DNA of 64,000 nucleotides, taken from NCBI GenBank assembly GCA_002269645.1, contig NIVC01002153.1:124001-188000 (forward strand), in the 5' to 3' direction. Position 1 is the stretch's first letter; every line of letters starts with the position of its first letter. Both the position numbers and the translations under genes were made by a program. Positions 49,001-60,285 of the stretch are shown piece after piece. This DNA comes from Macrostomum lignano (taxonomy: Eukaryota). The notes beneath the pieces are model-generated. The model worked only from the letters and a program-made list of their open reading frames with translations. It had not been told where the DNA came from and searched no databases.

Positions 49001-50496
49001 TGAGGCGCAAAAACTTTAAATAATAATAATCGGAATTTTATGTTAAATATGCTACTGGTTTGCTTCATAAGTAGAATTAAACGAATATTGCAACAATATT
49101 TAAAAAGGAGCAGAACTTACTGGTCCAAGCGGCAATGTTAGTGGGCTTGTAGCTGGTGATTTGCAAAGCTTTGTCAATTACTTTCTTGGCGGCCTCCATG
49201 TTAACGGGGGCGGAGTAGGGCAGGGAGAAGTCGAATACGTTTGAACCGGTTTCGTCTTTGAGCTGGCGGTAGGCTTTACGGAGTATGCCCTGGGATTAGT
49301 AGGATATTGGAATGGTAGGATTGTTTGATTTTTAGATGCTTATTATGCTTTTGGACGAATACGAACGTACTTTACATCGAGGTGTGAAAGTTACAAAGTG
49401 TGACAGGCCCATAGCAACCGAGGATCTGTGAGTGTGACAGGTCCATAGCAACCGAGGATCTGTGAGTGTGACAGGCCCATAGCAACCGAAGATGGGTGTG
49501 ACAGGCCCATAGCAACCGAGGATCTGTGAGTGTGATAGGCCCATAGCAACCGAGGATCTGTGAGTGTGACAGGCCCATAGCAACCGAGGATCTGTGAGTG
49601 TGACAGGCTCATAGCAACCGAGGATCTGTGAGTGTGACAGACCCATAGCAACCGAGGATCTGTGAGTGTGACAGACCCATAGCAACCGAGGATCTGTGAG
49701 TGTGACAGACCCATAGCAACCGAGGATCTGTGAGTGTGACAGACCCATAGCAACGGAGGATCTGTGAGTGTGACAGGCCCATAGCAACGGAGGATCTGTG
49801 AGTGTGACAGGCCCATAGCAACGGAGGATCTGTGAGTGTGACAGGCCCATAGCAACCGAGGATCTGTGAGTGTGACAGGCCCATAGCAACCGCCAGATAG
49901 CCCCCTACCTTCCACTCAGCGGACAGTTCGCCAGTATCGCTAAGGTCTCCACCGCTAGTTCTGGCAATCTTTGCCGGGCTACCAGCCGACGCACCGAAGG
50001 CGGCGCCGCTGCCGCCCGGAGCGCCGACAATGTCAAAACTGCCGAACATGCTGCCGCTAGCGTCGTCGTCCAGAATCTGACAATCGTCATCAGAGTTGTA
50101 CTCTCGTTTTAATGAGCCAGCCGACATAAAGTCGGCGACAGCGCCGCTGCTTGACGGCTGCTGCTGCATCTTCATAGCCGAGTTGCCGATTTGCGATCCA
50201 GATGATCCAATATTCGCCGTCGGCGGAGGCGGAGGCGGCGGACATCTGGCGTGAGCATCGGCCGTGTCGGCAATCCTGACAAATTGCGGTTCCATAGCTT
50301 CGACTAGATGAGAATTCAATTGGGTGACGATTTTGAAAGCGACCATCAGATCTCTAGCAGCCATGCTGTCAATCAGCATAGTGGCATTAGTGATGGTGCA
50401 CTCGAACAGTGTCAAAGGCGAGAATGCGCCTCCGCCGCCGGCGCCACCGCCGGCACCCATCTGCTGCGGGGTCATCATAGCAATGCTGGCCGCCAT
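34065..50496 (-). CDS. Paralogue B: 4-exon, 401-aa protein with C14orf93-like C-terminal domain
   Basis: Exons 50496-49909, 49289-49121, 46574-46456, 34394-34065 (phases 0,1,0; 1206 nt). GILRKAYRQLK...FDFSLPY...N aligns with ALLRECYKELK...FKLNLPF...N of A; last exon KLNRRQKA...DFTSSDEE...RVKQLPWES...LD...SSRPPP...W. Intron 3 is ~12 kb. Confidence 0.82.
34445..34722. repeat. Minisatellite, 33-bp unit TCATCCTGAAGTGACCCTGAAGCTTATTAATAC
   Basis: About 8 copies in intron 3 of paralogue B. Confidence 0.9.
34925..35787. repeat. Minisatellite, 32/36-bp unit GAGACAGAAGACTGAAAGCAACTCAGAGATGG
   Basis: About 25 copies. Confidence 0.95.
36310..39035. repeat. Minisatellite, 21-bp unit GACAGACTGAGACACATGAAT (variants GGAAT/GTAAT)
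   Basis: About 2.7 kb; source of the ~900-aa spurious ORFs. Confidence 0.97.
39560..40400. repeat. CT-rich satellite (TCTCCTCTCTTATC variants)
   Basis: Polypyrimidine tandem array. Confidence 0.93.
41170..43580. repeat. Minisatellite, 21-bp unit GAGGATGGAGACTGGGAGAAA
   Basis: About 2.4 kb; source of the METGRKR/SPSLHPL spurious ORFs. Confidence 0.97.
44085..44301 (+). promoter_or_regulatory. Pol II promoter and non-coding first exon of a nested antisense transcript
   Basis: CAGCCAAT boxes at 44085, 44134 and 44182 (48-49 nt spacing); TATATAA at 44207; TCAGTC Inr with A at 44236 (29 nt after TATA); ATG-free 66-nt exon ending G|GTAAGT at 44301/44302. Confidence 0.72.
44329..44394 (+). ncRNA. 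Candidate pre-miRNA hairpin, family copy 1
   Basis: 5' arm TGGCGCTTTCTAGTCCAACGTGTC pairs with GTGCCCGTTGTACTAAAGAGTGG; basal TTATGG/CCATAA; CGAC (CNNC) at 44409. Confidence 0.7.
44629..44701 (+). ncRNA. Possible unrelated hairpin in the cluster
   Basis: GCTTGGTGTA/TATACTAAGC, GGGA/TCCC, TACTGT/ACAGTA and CTG/CAG helices, but with a sizeable internal loop. Confidence 0.35.
44707..44784 (+). ncRNA. Candidate pre-miRNA hairpin, unrelated family
   Basis: GTACACGTGA/TCATGTGTAC 10-bp helix, CTTCTCT/AGAGTAAG, AGGGT/GCCCT and basal ATACTATCG/CGTTATTAT; 9-nt loop. Confidence 0.55.
44827..44892 (+). ncRNA. Candidate pre-miRNA hairpin, family copy 2
   Basis: Same 5' arm; divergent 3' arm GTGACCGTTTGACTACGAAGCGG still pairs; basal ATTGTGG/TCACAAT; CGAC at 44906. 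Confidence 0.72.
44945..45019 (+). ncRNA. Candidate pre-miRNA hairpin, family copy 3
   Basis: Same 5' arm; basal ACTCTGTGGC/GTCACAGAGT 10 bp; CAAC at 45031. Confidence 0.72.
45061..45148 (+). ncRNA. Candidate pre-miRNA hairpin, family copy 4
   Basis: Same 5' arm; basal AATATGGC/GCTATATT and GAGCC/GGCTT; CAGC at 45155. Confidence 0.72.
45280..46200. repeat. Composite minisatellite, ~38-bp unit TACTGCTAGTCATCATCCATACTGCTCATTATCCTAAG
   Basis: Tandem copies with shorter sub-units. Confidence 0.92.
49400..49892. repeat. Minisatellite, 34-bp unit GTGTGACAGGCCCATAGCAACCGAGGATCTGTGA
   Basis: About 14 copies filling intron 1 of paralogue B. Confidence 0.95.
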
Positions 50497-50669
50497 TTGT
50501 TCTGCTGTGCTGGTAGTGGGAAATTATTAAATTCTGCGATTGTCTTTCAAATTCGATTATTGATCAGCTTGTTATTGAGGCGAGGCACGCTTGAGAACAG
50601 TGCTTGTTGCTAATGCATGCAAGCGAATTTATTTGTTTTATTAAACTCGAAACAGTGCGATTGGAGATT

Positions 50670-51565
50670 CACTCTGATCTAGATTGAGAGTCACTCTCTG
50701 ACTTGGATTGAGAGTCACTCTGACTTGGATTGAGAGTTACTCTGACCTGGATTGAAAGTCACTCTGACCTGGATTGAGAGTCACTCTGACTTGGATGAGA
50801 GTCACTCTGACTTGGATTAAGAGTTACTCTGACCTGGATTGAGAATCACTCTGACCTGGATTGAGAGTCACTCTGACTTGGATAGAGATTCACTCCGACT
50901 TAAATAGACATTCCCTCTGACTAGGATAGAGGTTCACTCCGAATTGGATAGAGATTCACCCTGACTTGGATAACGATTCACTCTGACTTAAGAGATTCAC
51001 TCTGAATTGGATATATTCTCTGACTAGGATAGAGATTCACTCTGACTTGGATAGAGATTCACTCTTAGATTGAAATACACTCTGACTTGGATTGAGAGTC
51101 ACTTTGACTTGAATAGATATTCACTCGGATTTGGATAGAGATTCACTCCGACTTAGATAGAGGTTCACTCTGACTTGGATAGAGATTTACTCTGACTTCG
51201 ATAGAGATTCACTCTGACTTGGATAGAGATTCACTCTGACTTGGATAGAGATTCACTCTGACTTGGATAGAGATTCACTCGGAATTGGATTGAGATTCAC
51301 TCTGACTAGGATAGAGATTCACTCTGACTTGGATAGAGATTCACTCTGACTAGGATAGAGATTCACTCTGAATTGGATAGAAATTCACTCTAACTTGGGT
51401 TGAGATTCACTCTGACTTCGGTTGAGATTCACTCTGACTTTGGTTGAGATTCACTCGGAATTGGATAGAGATTCACTCTGACTCAGATAGAGATTCACTC
51501 CGACTTGGATAGATTGACTAGATAATAGAGTCACTTTGACTAGATAATAGAGTCACTCTGACTAA
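50670..51565. repeat. Minisatellite, 22-bp unit GAGATTCACTCTGACTTGGATA
   Basis: About 40 moderately diverged copies. Confidence 0.92.
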
Positions 51566-52024
51566 ATAATGGAGAGTCACTCTCATAATCAAGGGCAGTC
51601 ACTTACAACTAAGTTCTGCAGGGTTAATGTTAAGTCACAGATAAACTGTCGAATGAAAACAGATTAAAATTTCAACAAATTTATGGAACAATACATGTAG
51701 ACACTAAATAAACAAGTATATGAGAAAAATAAAAAAAACCTCCGCATATTATAGACAATTGCATCAGAATAATTCAACATTGATTGGTAAACATGGATCT
51801 GTTAGTTACAAGTAATTAAAAAATCATAAGCGACAAATATTTTTTTTCACAGAGCACAATCTCACTTCGATAAATTGCAAACCTATAAATCAATACGTTG
51901 TGTCCGTGCGGTTTTACTAAATTAAAATTATTCAGGAAAATAACAAAAACAACAACTAGCAGGGCGACATACCTACACACAACGCCATTTACTTTCAAGA
52001 ATTGTCAAATCGCGAAATTTAAAA

Positions 52025-52440
52025 ATATCTGCCAATTTCAACCTACCAACTGCCAATTTCAACCTACAAACTGCTAACTTCAACCTACAAACTGCCAACT
52101 TCAACCTACAAACTGCCAATTTCAACCTACAAACTGCCAATTTCAACCTACAAACTGCCAATTTCAACCTACAAACTGCCAACTTCAACCTACAAACTGC
52201 CAACTTCAACCTACAAACTGCCAACTTCAACTTACAAACTGCCAACTTCAACCTACCAACTGCCAATTTCAACCCACAAACTGCCAACTTCAACTTACAA
52301 ACTGCCAACTTCAACCTACCAACTGCCAATTTCAACCCACAAACTGCCAACTTCAACCTACCAACTGCCAATTTCAACCTACAAACTGCAAACTTCAACC
52401 TACAAACTGCCAATTTCTACCTACAAACTGCCAACTTCAA
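52025..52440. repeat. Minisatellite, 21-bp unit TTCAACCTACAAACTGCCAAC
   Basis: About 20 copies; gives the CRLKLAV ORF. Confidence 0.95.
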
Positions 52441-52964
52441 CCAATCAATAATAAAACGAAATAATTTAAGGAATGCAACCTACGATTTTCGTATGAGTAC
52501 AAATATGATTTACAATTTTACTGATTTACTGAATATTAATTAATATAATTTCCAGTCAAGAAATTACTTCAAATGGAGATTAAAACTATAGTCAGGTACG
52601 CAACAAAAAAGTTAACGCAAAGTTGCAATTGGTTTGCAGTGAAAATATAGCATTTGTATTTATATTTCGTTTTGACAAGAATTTACTAGCTTAAAATGTA
52701 AATCAACAGATTAATACCTACGTATTGAAACAGTAACGGTGCTCTGTGTACCCGCTGGATAAAAAATTGAACTGATTTTATAAGTTGAATAATAAACCAA
52801 ACTAATATTGGCATGTCTAACGTTAATAATATCGATGGTCGCGCTGATACATGCTGACAATACAGTATAACTAAATTAAACTGCACTGAAGGAAACATTT
52901 CGCTGACTCAAATTCAAATATTGTTGTCTCATCACGGATGACAATTACATAGGTGAATGGGAAA

Positions 52965-53300
52965 CCTCGGGATGAGGGACATCTAGTCTCTAGATGAGGG
53001 AAATCTAGTCTCTAGATGACGGACACGTAGTCTCTAGATGAGGGACACCTAGTCTCTAGATGAGGGACACCTAGTCTCTAGATGATGGACACGTAGTCTC
53101 TAGATGAGGGACACCTAGTCTCTAGATGAGGGACACCAAGTTTCCAGATGAGGGATACCTAGTCTCTAGATGAGGGACAACTAGTCTCTAGATGAGGGAC
53201 ACCTAGTCTCTAGATGAGGGAAAACGGGTCTCTAGATGAGAGTCATTTAGTCTCTGGATGAGAGACACTAAAGTCCATAAATAAAGGACACCTAGTCTAA
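52965..53300. repeat. Minisatellite, 22-bp unit GATGAGGGACACCTAGTCTCTA
   Basis: About 14 copies. Confidence 0.92.
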
Positions 53301-53632
53301 CTGTTAGTCTCTAAATGATAAGTGATACTTTCTGTAGATCTATAGCCAGTCTCTACATGAGGGACAGTGGATATAGAGATGCCACAAAACAAAGACAACT
53401 CAAGATATAAGCAAAAGCATATTATTCAATAATAGAGATAAAAATAGCCAATGATAATCGCATAAAGATCTTGAGAGCATCAGACAGACGGAGGACCAAT
53501 ACACGGTTGACGGAGTACTTAAATAGCATCTGTAATTTTGCACTCGAGCCCTAAAATATACTTTATAATATGAATACGCCACAATGTAAAGAATACGAGT
53601 AGGCAATAAATGAGAAGTAAATAGTCAATAGA

Positions 53633-55516
53633 TTAGTTATTACTTCGAACAGACAGATAAATCACCAACCCGATGACAAGTAGTACAATTAGAACTATGA
53701 TAGCCAATATGATCTTCTTGCGTCTAGCTGATCGCTTGTAACTAACAGCTTTGCCCAGCTGTTTGTTGCCGGTTTCTACGTGCATGACAGCCTCGCTGAC
53801 GTGGTCCTCGATGCTGTCCAGCATCTCGCCTTGGTCGTGCACCATGTGGGCCAGGTCCTTGAATAGCTCGTTGATGCCTGTAAGGGAGAATTGAGATAGG
53901 GATGAAATGACAAGCTGCTGTGACGACAAGGGGATCTGGGAGGCTGGCCCAGCAACTGGGGATCTGGGAGGCTGGCCCAGCAACTGGGGATCTGGGAGGC
54001 TGGCCCAAAAACTGAGGATCTGGGAGGCTGGACCAGCAACTGGGAATCTGAGAGGCTGGCCCAGCAACTGACACTCTGGGCGGCTGGCCCAGCAACTGAG
54101 GTCTGGGAGGCTGGCCCAGCAACTGAGGATCTCAGAGGCTGGCCCAGCAACTGAGGATCTCAGAGACTGGCCCAGCAACTGAGGATCTCAGAGGCTGGCC
54201 CAGCAATTGAGGATCTCAGAGGCTGGCCCAGCAATTGAGGATCTCAGAGGCTGGCCCAGCAACTGAGGATCTCAGAGGCTGGCCCAGCAACTAAGGATCT
54301 GGGAGACTGAGGATTTGGGAAACAAGCACAATACCGGAACGCACCAACAATATCCTGCTCCAGCTGATGCAGCTGCTGTTCCCGCTGCTCAGCAGCCTGG
54401 AGATCCAGCTGCTGTTGCTGCTGCTGCTGCTGGCCGCCCAGTCTGAACGGGCTGTCTGCATCAACAAGCTGAGCAGGTTGCTGCTGTTGCTGATCAAACA
54501 GGGAGTCCAGCCCACTCCCGCCAGCTTCGCGCCGCTGTTTAGCTGCGGCCTCCTTCTCTCGGGCCTGGACGAGGCGCTGCACCTCTTGAAAATCGCCAGC
54601 CACTTTGGTTACCTGGTTAAAGAAAACGAATTGAGCCTGATGAATTACCGAGGGAAGTGTCCAATCTCAACAATTTTAAAATAGCTATAATTTTTTAATC
54701 CAATTCTACTTGAATTAATCTTGCCAAAATTTAAATTTAAATATCGAATTAAATCTATCTCACTCGATCTAATTTAACCAATCTTGATCTATTCTCGCCC
54801 GATCTAAAATAATCACTCTGGATCTAATCTCATTAGATTTAAACCGATAAATCTTAATCTAATCTCCATCGATCTAAACTTATCAACCTTGATCTAATCT
54901 CACGCCATCTAATCTAACCAATATTGATCTAATCTCACTGAATCTAAACCGAACGATCTTGATCTAATCTTACTCAATCTAAACCAATTAATCTTTATCT
55001 AATCTTACTCAATCTAAACCAATAAATCTTGATCTAATCTCACTCAATCTAAACCAATAAATCTTGATCTAATCTCACTCAATCTAAACCAATAAATCTT
55101 GATCTAATCTCACTGAATCTAAACCAATCAATCTTCATCTAATCTCACTAAATCTAAACAAATAAATATTGATGTAATCTCTCAATCTAAACCAATCGAT
55201 ATAAATCACATAGTAAAAGATGCAGTACACTCCGCACCTGATCCACCAAGCGATCCTTCTGCACTCGCCGCATAGCCGCAGCCATGCCCTGACACATTGG
55301 AGTCAAATCTCTCTTCAACTGTTCAGTAGCCCGCTGGCATTGAGACAATGTTGTATGCGTCAGCGAGTGAATCTGAGAACGCAATGCTTCGGAATCTCGG
55401 TCCGTACCAATTTTATTAGACAAATTGCGTATCTGGCCAGTGTTAGTCTGTACGCCAGTTACTAGTTGACTAATCTCGGCGGCCAGATTAGCAAAACGCT
55501 CATCGTCTGTAGACAT
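53633..55516 (-). CDS. Syntaxin-7/12-like endosomal Qa-SNARE, 3 exons, 263 aa
   Basis: Exons 55516-55238, 54612-54345, 53877-53633 (phases 0,1; 792 nt). Habc-like N-terminus (IGTDRDSEALR), SNARE motif [31 protein letters not shown], C-terminal TM anchor. Confidence 0.93.
53930..54310. repeat. 28-bp minisatellite GCTGGCCCAGCAACTGAGGATCT(GG/CA)GAG in syntaxin intron 2
   Basis: About 13 copies; same family as 20.95 kb and 25.2 kb. Confidence 0.93.
54740..55200. repeat. 35-bp minisatellite AATCTAAACCAATAAATCTTGATCTAATCTCACTC in syntaxin intron 1
   Basis: About 12 copies, degenerate toward the left. Confidence 0.88.
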
Positions 55517-58500
55517 CTTTGATGATTTATTGATTGTACTGAGTATTCAATCAGATGAATGAGTTGAAATTTTTATTGCACAATAATGGCTGAAAAATAG
55601 AATGGTAACTGGTTGCTATTACTTTAAGTAGTAGCATGAGAAATTTAGTTCTTTAGTTTTAAACTAATTACAATTTGCTATTATAATTATAATTTGCTAT
55701 AGTACGAGCTATGTTATATATCAATAAATTTAGTGAATGAGAGCTTTGTTTTACAAAAAAATTGCGTCACAAATCATCATTAATATAAATGGATGCATTT
55801 AGGATAGAAAGATTTTTAACATGTTTTTTTCATTGCATGTTTATTGACTAAATGCACAATAAATATAAAACAGTGACTTATAAAGTAAAAGTTAAAGTTA
55901 AGGATCACAACTACTTTTAGGCCTATGCCAGAATAAATATATAATATCTTAGCTCAATTTGTATAACCCTAACAAATTATCTTCAACAAGACTTTTAGGC
56001 TGATCCTTATTAATTGCCTTATAAATTCATTATTACAAAAAGTAGCTATGTTATATTGTATCTCTTTATTTTTATTTTTATTATATAGATACATATAAAA
56101 AATATTTTATTAGCATAGTTATTGTTTATTTCTTTGGCATTTTTAGTACCTACACATCTAAAACCCTTGTTATATATGGGACTTTTTCTTTATTTAGTCT
56201 GTGCATTCTTTCTATTTCCTAGGTTTTATCTTTCTAATTCAGTGCTTCTAATAGTAACTTGCATGGTACTTATTGTGTCACTGTATTTTGCTATAGTAAA
56301 ACAATTTGTTTTGATTTACACATAAATGTAGACTAGACAGCACATCAATTCAAACTTTTGAATAGAATAGAAATAGGGGAACTGGTTGCAAAGGAAAGTG
56401 GGTTGGTGGCGGGCCAACAATGGGGGTACAAATGTAATACATAATTGTTAAAAGCTGACTGTACAGTGGAATTGGACTTTCTAAGAATGCATCAAATAAT
56501 GATAAACTTGTTTTTTAATTTTCTTTTTCAGTAATAAATATTTTAGTCCATTAGTAGTGCAACAAAAAAATTGTTAAAGGGGGCAGATTCTGAAGAGTAA
56601 AGGGGTGGGTTTCACAAACGCAAAATTTCATAACCGCTAAAAGCACTAGCTTTCATAAATGCAAAACTTCACAACTGCTAAATTGTTTGCAGTCACTTTC
56701 ATAAACATGAAACTTCACAACTGCAAAACTTCATAACCACTAAAACACCTACTTTCATAAGTGCTAAATTTCATAAATGCGAAACTTCACAACCACTAAT
56801 TTTTTTGCAGTCACTTTCACAAACTCGAAACTTCACAACCGCTAAATGTCACCTACTTTCACAACTGCTAGATGCCATCTACTTTCACAACTGCTAAATG
56901 TCATCTACTTTCACAACCGCTAAATGTCATCTACTTTCACAACCACTAAATGTCATCTACTTTCACAACCGCTAAATGTCATCTACTTTCACAACCACTA
57001 AATGTCATCTACTTTCACAACTGCAAAATGTCATCTACTTTTACAACCGCTAAATGTCATCTACTTTCACAATTGCAAAACTTTACAACAGCCAAATGTC
57101 CTTCAAGTAATCATTTCTGCAGGTTTCTGTGGTTTAAGAATTAGTTTTAACACAAATGCATATTGTATTGAAAAAACTACATGACACTGCAGGCTATACA
57201 ATGCGGCGCATAGCCCATAGGCTGTGGATTTTATTTTTTAAAGGACGTTTTGAAAAAGCTACCTACTTACATTACAAGCCACAACTGATGTGCTAAGCTA
57301 AACCATAGAATTATAGATAATATGGAAGTGAAGTCTTTTAAAAAGGGTTTGAAAAATTTTATATAACTGGGCTCTGGCTGGCCGACTGTTTTTTCTTATT
57401 CCCTTTGGCTTTGACAAAACTGGGCCATTGCTTCCCATTCCATAAAAGGGGTATTGAGTGAGGGGCTGAGGGCCAATGAAATGTGGATACTAGAATATGA
57501 GCACTGAGCCGTTGTACATGGGTCCGAAACAACTTTTTAGGGTTTAGGGTTAGGTTATAGGAATATTGTAAAGATAGTGATAACTGCCATTTGAGTGCAA
57601 TAAGAAAACTTGCTATGTAGTTTCAGTCATTCTCACATCAAGTTAAACTGACAAAGAACGGGTGATGGCTATATAATGTGCTTGGGGAATCGATTCAAAA
57701 GAAACCCTTTCTATAAACAGCTAACTGTATAGCTATTCACTACCCTCTGCAAAAAGAAATGCGGGACCATGGAGGGGCAAGAGGGGATGCAGGTAAGAGA
57801 AATAAACTGTACAGTTACAAGCTAGCTTGTATATACACAAGTCTTTGTTGTGTTGGTAAGATATAAGAAAACTTACAAGAGTTGCCAGAGAAAAGAGCAG
57901 CTCTGCTTTTATCACAGCAGGTTTCAGTCACACCAAAAGCTTCAAAATCTGCCAGGCTCCTTACAGATTGCAAACTCTGGTTTAGATAGTACTGTTAAGC
58001 TTCCTTGGTTAATCTTTCACAGGAACATAGAAGGGGCTTTGTTAACACCTCCTTCATCTTCAACAGCAACCAGCAGTTTGGCACAGGCTCGCTTGACAGT
58101 TTTTTTGCACTGAAATTGACTTGGCAAACTTGCCTGCAACATAGAAAGTGACGATGTCATCAGCATCTCACAATTCACCCACTGCCTCCAGTTCGCAAAT
58201 GGATTCCTTGACTTCTTCATCTATGCCTCGGTGCTGCTTGATGATTCCGCAGCAAGGTAGGTACTGAATATCCCGAGGCACAACTCCACTGAACTGCTTT
58301 TACAGTTTTTCTAGTTGCGCACGTAGTTTTTCTATATCATTAAGATGGCATAGCTGCCAGTCCATATCTGATCTGACTTGATCTCGGCTGGCAATCTTTC
58401 CTGTGCCTATTGATTGTACTTGTCCTCATATTATGAACATGCCAGCGTGGAACAATGGATCAAACAAAAATTGCTGTCTCATTCCACTGCTTGCCTTGAT

Positions 58501-58609
58501 TTTGATTTTTTAAATGCTCTTTTGTTCAATCATGCTGCAAGTCAAATTTGAAGCCAGCTTCAAAGGCTTTTGCTCTTCAATGTTTACATGTTTACAATGT
58601 CTACGTAGG

Positions 58610-59960
58610 TGATTTGAATTTGTTGAAGGCCATAGGGGCTCAAGGCTTCTCCTAATAGACCAGAATGCATACAGGTGCAAAAGAACATTGAACAAGAAGT
58701 ACTATTTTACATGTCGTAATGAAGACTGCTTCGCCAAAGTTATGCTAAGTGGTGAGACTGCCACACACAGTGGGACTCATAAAGATGGTCCAATCCCTGA
58801 TGAAGAAATTGGAAAGATGAAGTTAAAGCGACGACTAAATGAAGCTGAGACAAAACAGCCAGAAAAGTGCCTATGAGTAGTTTTTGACAAAATAACAAAT
58901 GATAAAGCAGCTAGGCCAGATGTTGGATTTCCAGAAATGGAGCTCCGCATGTGGCGAGCAAGATGAGCTGTACAGCCTCGAATCCCAACATCTGTTGATG
59001 AGGCTGTCGAACTTCTGCATGACGTGGACATGCATTTGCAAAACTGCGGAGTAGATAGCAAGAAAGTTTTCCAGAAAAGCAGTCAAGTTGACCAGCATGC
59101 TGCTGTTTTTTTTGCTCACCCTGAACTCCTGGCTGAGCTTCAAAATGCAAACAACATTTTTGTTGATGGCACATTCCGAGTTGTGCCTTGCCTGTTTTTT
59201 CAATTAGTGACCATTGGAATCATTAAACAAGGTTTCTTTTTTCCTTGCTTTTTTGTGCTACTTACTGGCAAGACAAAGGCCCTCTACCATTTAGTGTGGT
59301 CGAAGGTAAAGCAGCTGTTTCCTGCCTTTGAGCCACTGAGTGTCATGATGGATTACAAAATTGCACTGCGAGATTCTCTGCTGGAAGCGTTTCCAACATC
59401 AACCGCTCATGGATGTTGGTTTTACAAGCTGTCCTCACGAAGCTAAAAAAGCTTGGACTATGGAGTGAAGTGTGCCGCAACACTAATGTTTGCAGCTATG
59501 TGAGACTGCATTTGTGCTTGCCTCTGCTTCCTGCGCAACACCTTGCTGCACTTCATGCTGTCCTGCAACCTGAGACATTTGTTACAACACTTGCCAATGA
59601 CAAGATGGAAGCACTGCATCGAGCCTACATGTACATCCGGACCTATTGGCTAGAGAGGGTTGGTGCAGCCATCCTCTCTGTGCACAACTGCAAAGACAGG
59701 ACCAATAATAAGCAGGAATCCTACCATAGTCATTGGAGGACCTTTGTAGAGACCACTCATCCCAATATGTGAGATTTCATTGTAGTGCTTTATTCCTCAA
59801 CGAAAAGAAGCAGTTGTTCAACCTATGCAGCTGACCTAAATAGGCTAAAATGTGGTGTTCCAATCCACCGAGTGCGAGGAAAGTGCAGTGTACTAAAAAG
59901 TATCCGCATTCGGCAGCAGTATGACCTATTAAGCAGTGGACGGGTAACTGCTCTGGAGGT
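58610..59960 (+). pseudogene. MULE transposase pseudogene with N-terminal FLYWCH/WRKY-like zinc finger
   Basis: GHRGSRLLLIDQNAY...KYYFTCRNEDCFAKV...HSGTH; catalytic-region motifs FVDGTFRVVP..FFQLVTI, FP.FFVLLTGK, VMMDYKIA and HGCWFY, then TNNKQESYH. Several in-frame stops and frameshifts. Confidence 0.88.
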
Positions 59961-60029
59961 TCTACGCAATTTGAGTGTATCAGCTGGTCTCCCTCTAGAC
60001 AACCCACATGATGCTGCTGAACTAGCTGT

Positions 60030-60285
60030 AGGTCAGTTGCCAGATGTTGCCCAGCCGGCCCTTGGCAACGCCGGCAGGCAGCCGCAAGTCATCGCCCAGC
60101 CAGCCCTTGGCAGCTCCAGCGGGCAGCTGCAAGTCATTGCCTAGCCGGCCCTTGGTGGTGCTAGTGGGCAGCCGCAAGACATCACCTAGCTGGCCATTGG
60201 TGGCACTGGTGGGCAGCTGCAAGACGTCACCCAGCCGGCCATTGGCGGCACTGGTGGGCAGCCGCAAGATGCCGCCCAGCATTTC
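60030..60285. repeat. Degenerate ~45-51-bp repeats in the 3' part of the MULE ORF
   Basis: CCCAGCCGGCCCTTGGC...GGGCAGCCGCAAG repeated about 5 times (QPALG...QPQVIA). Confidence 0.7.

Noticed and set aside
58510-58695. Minus-strand ORF with BED-finger-like STNSNHLRRHC
   Set aside because: Largely antisense to the FLYWCH-like finger of the MULE transposase and lacks the BED cysteine pair.
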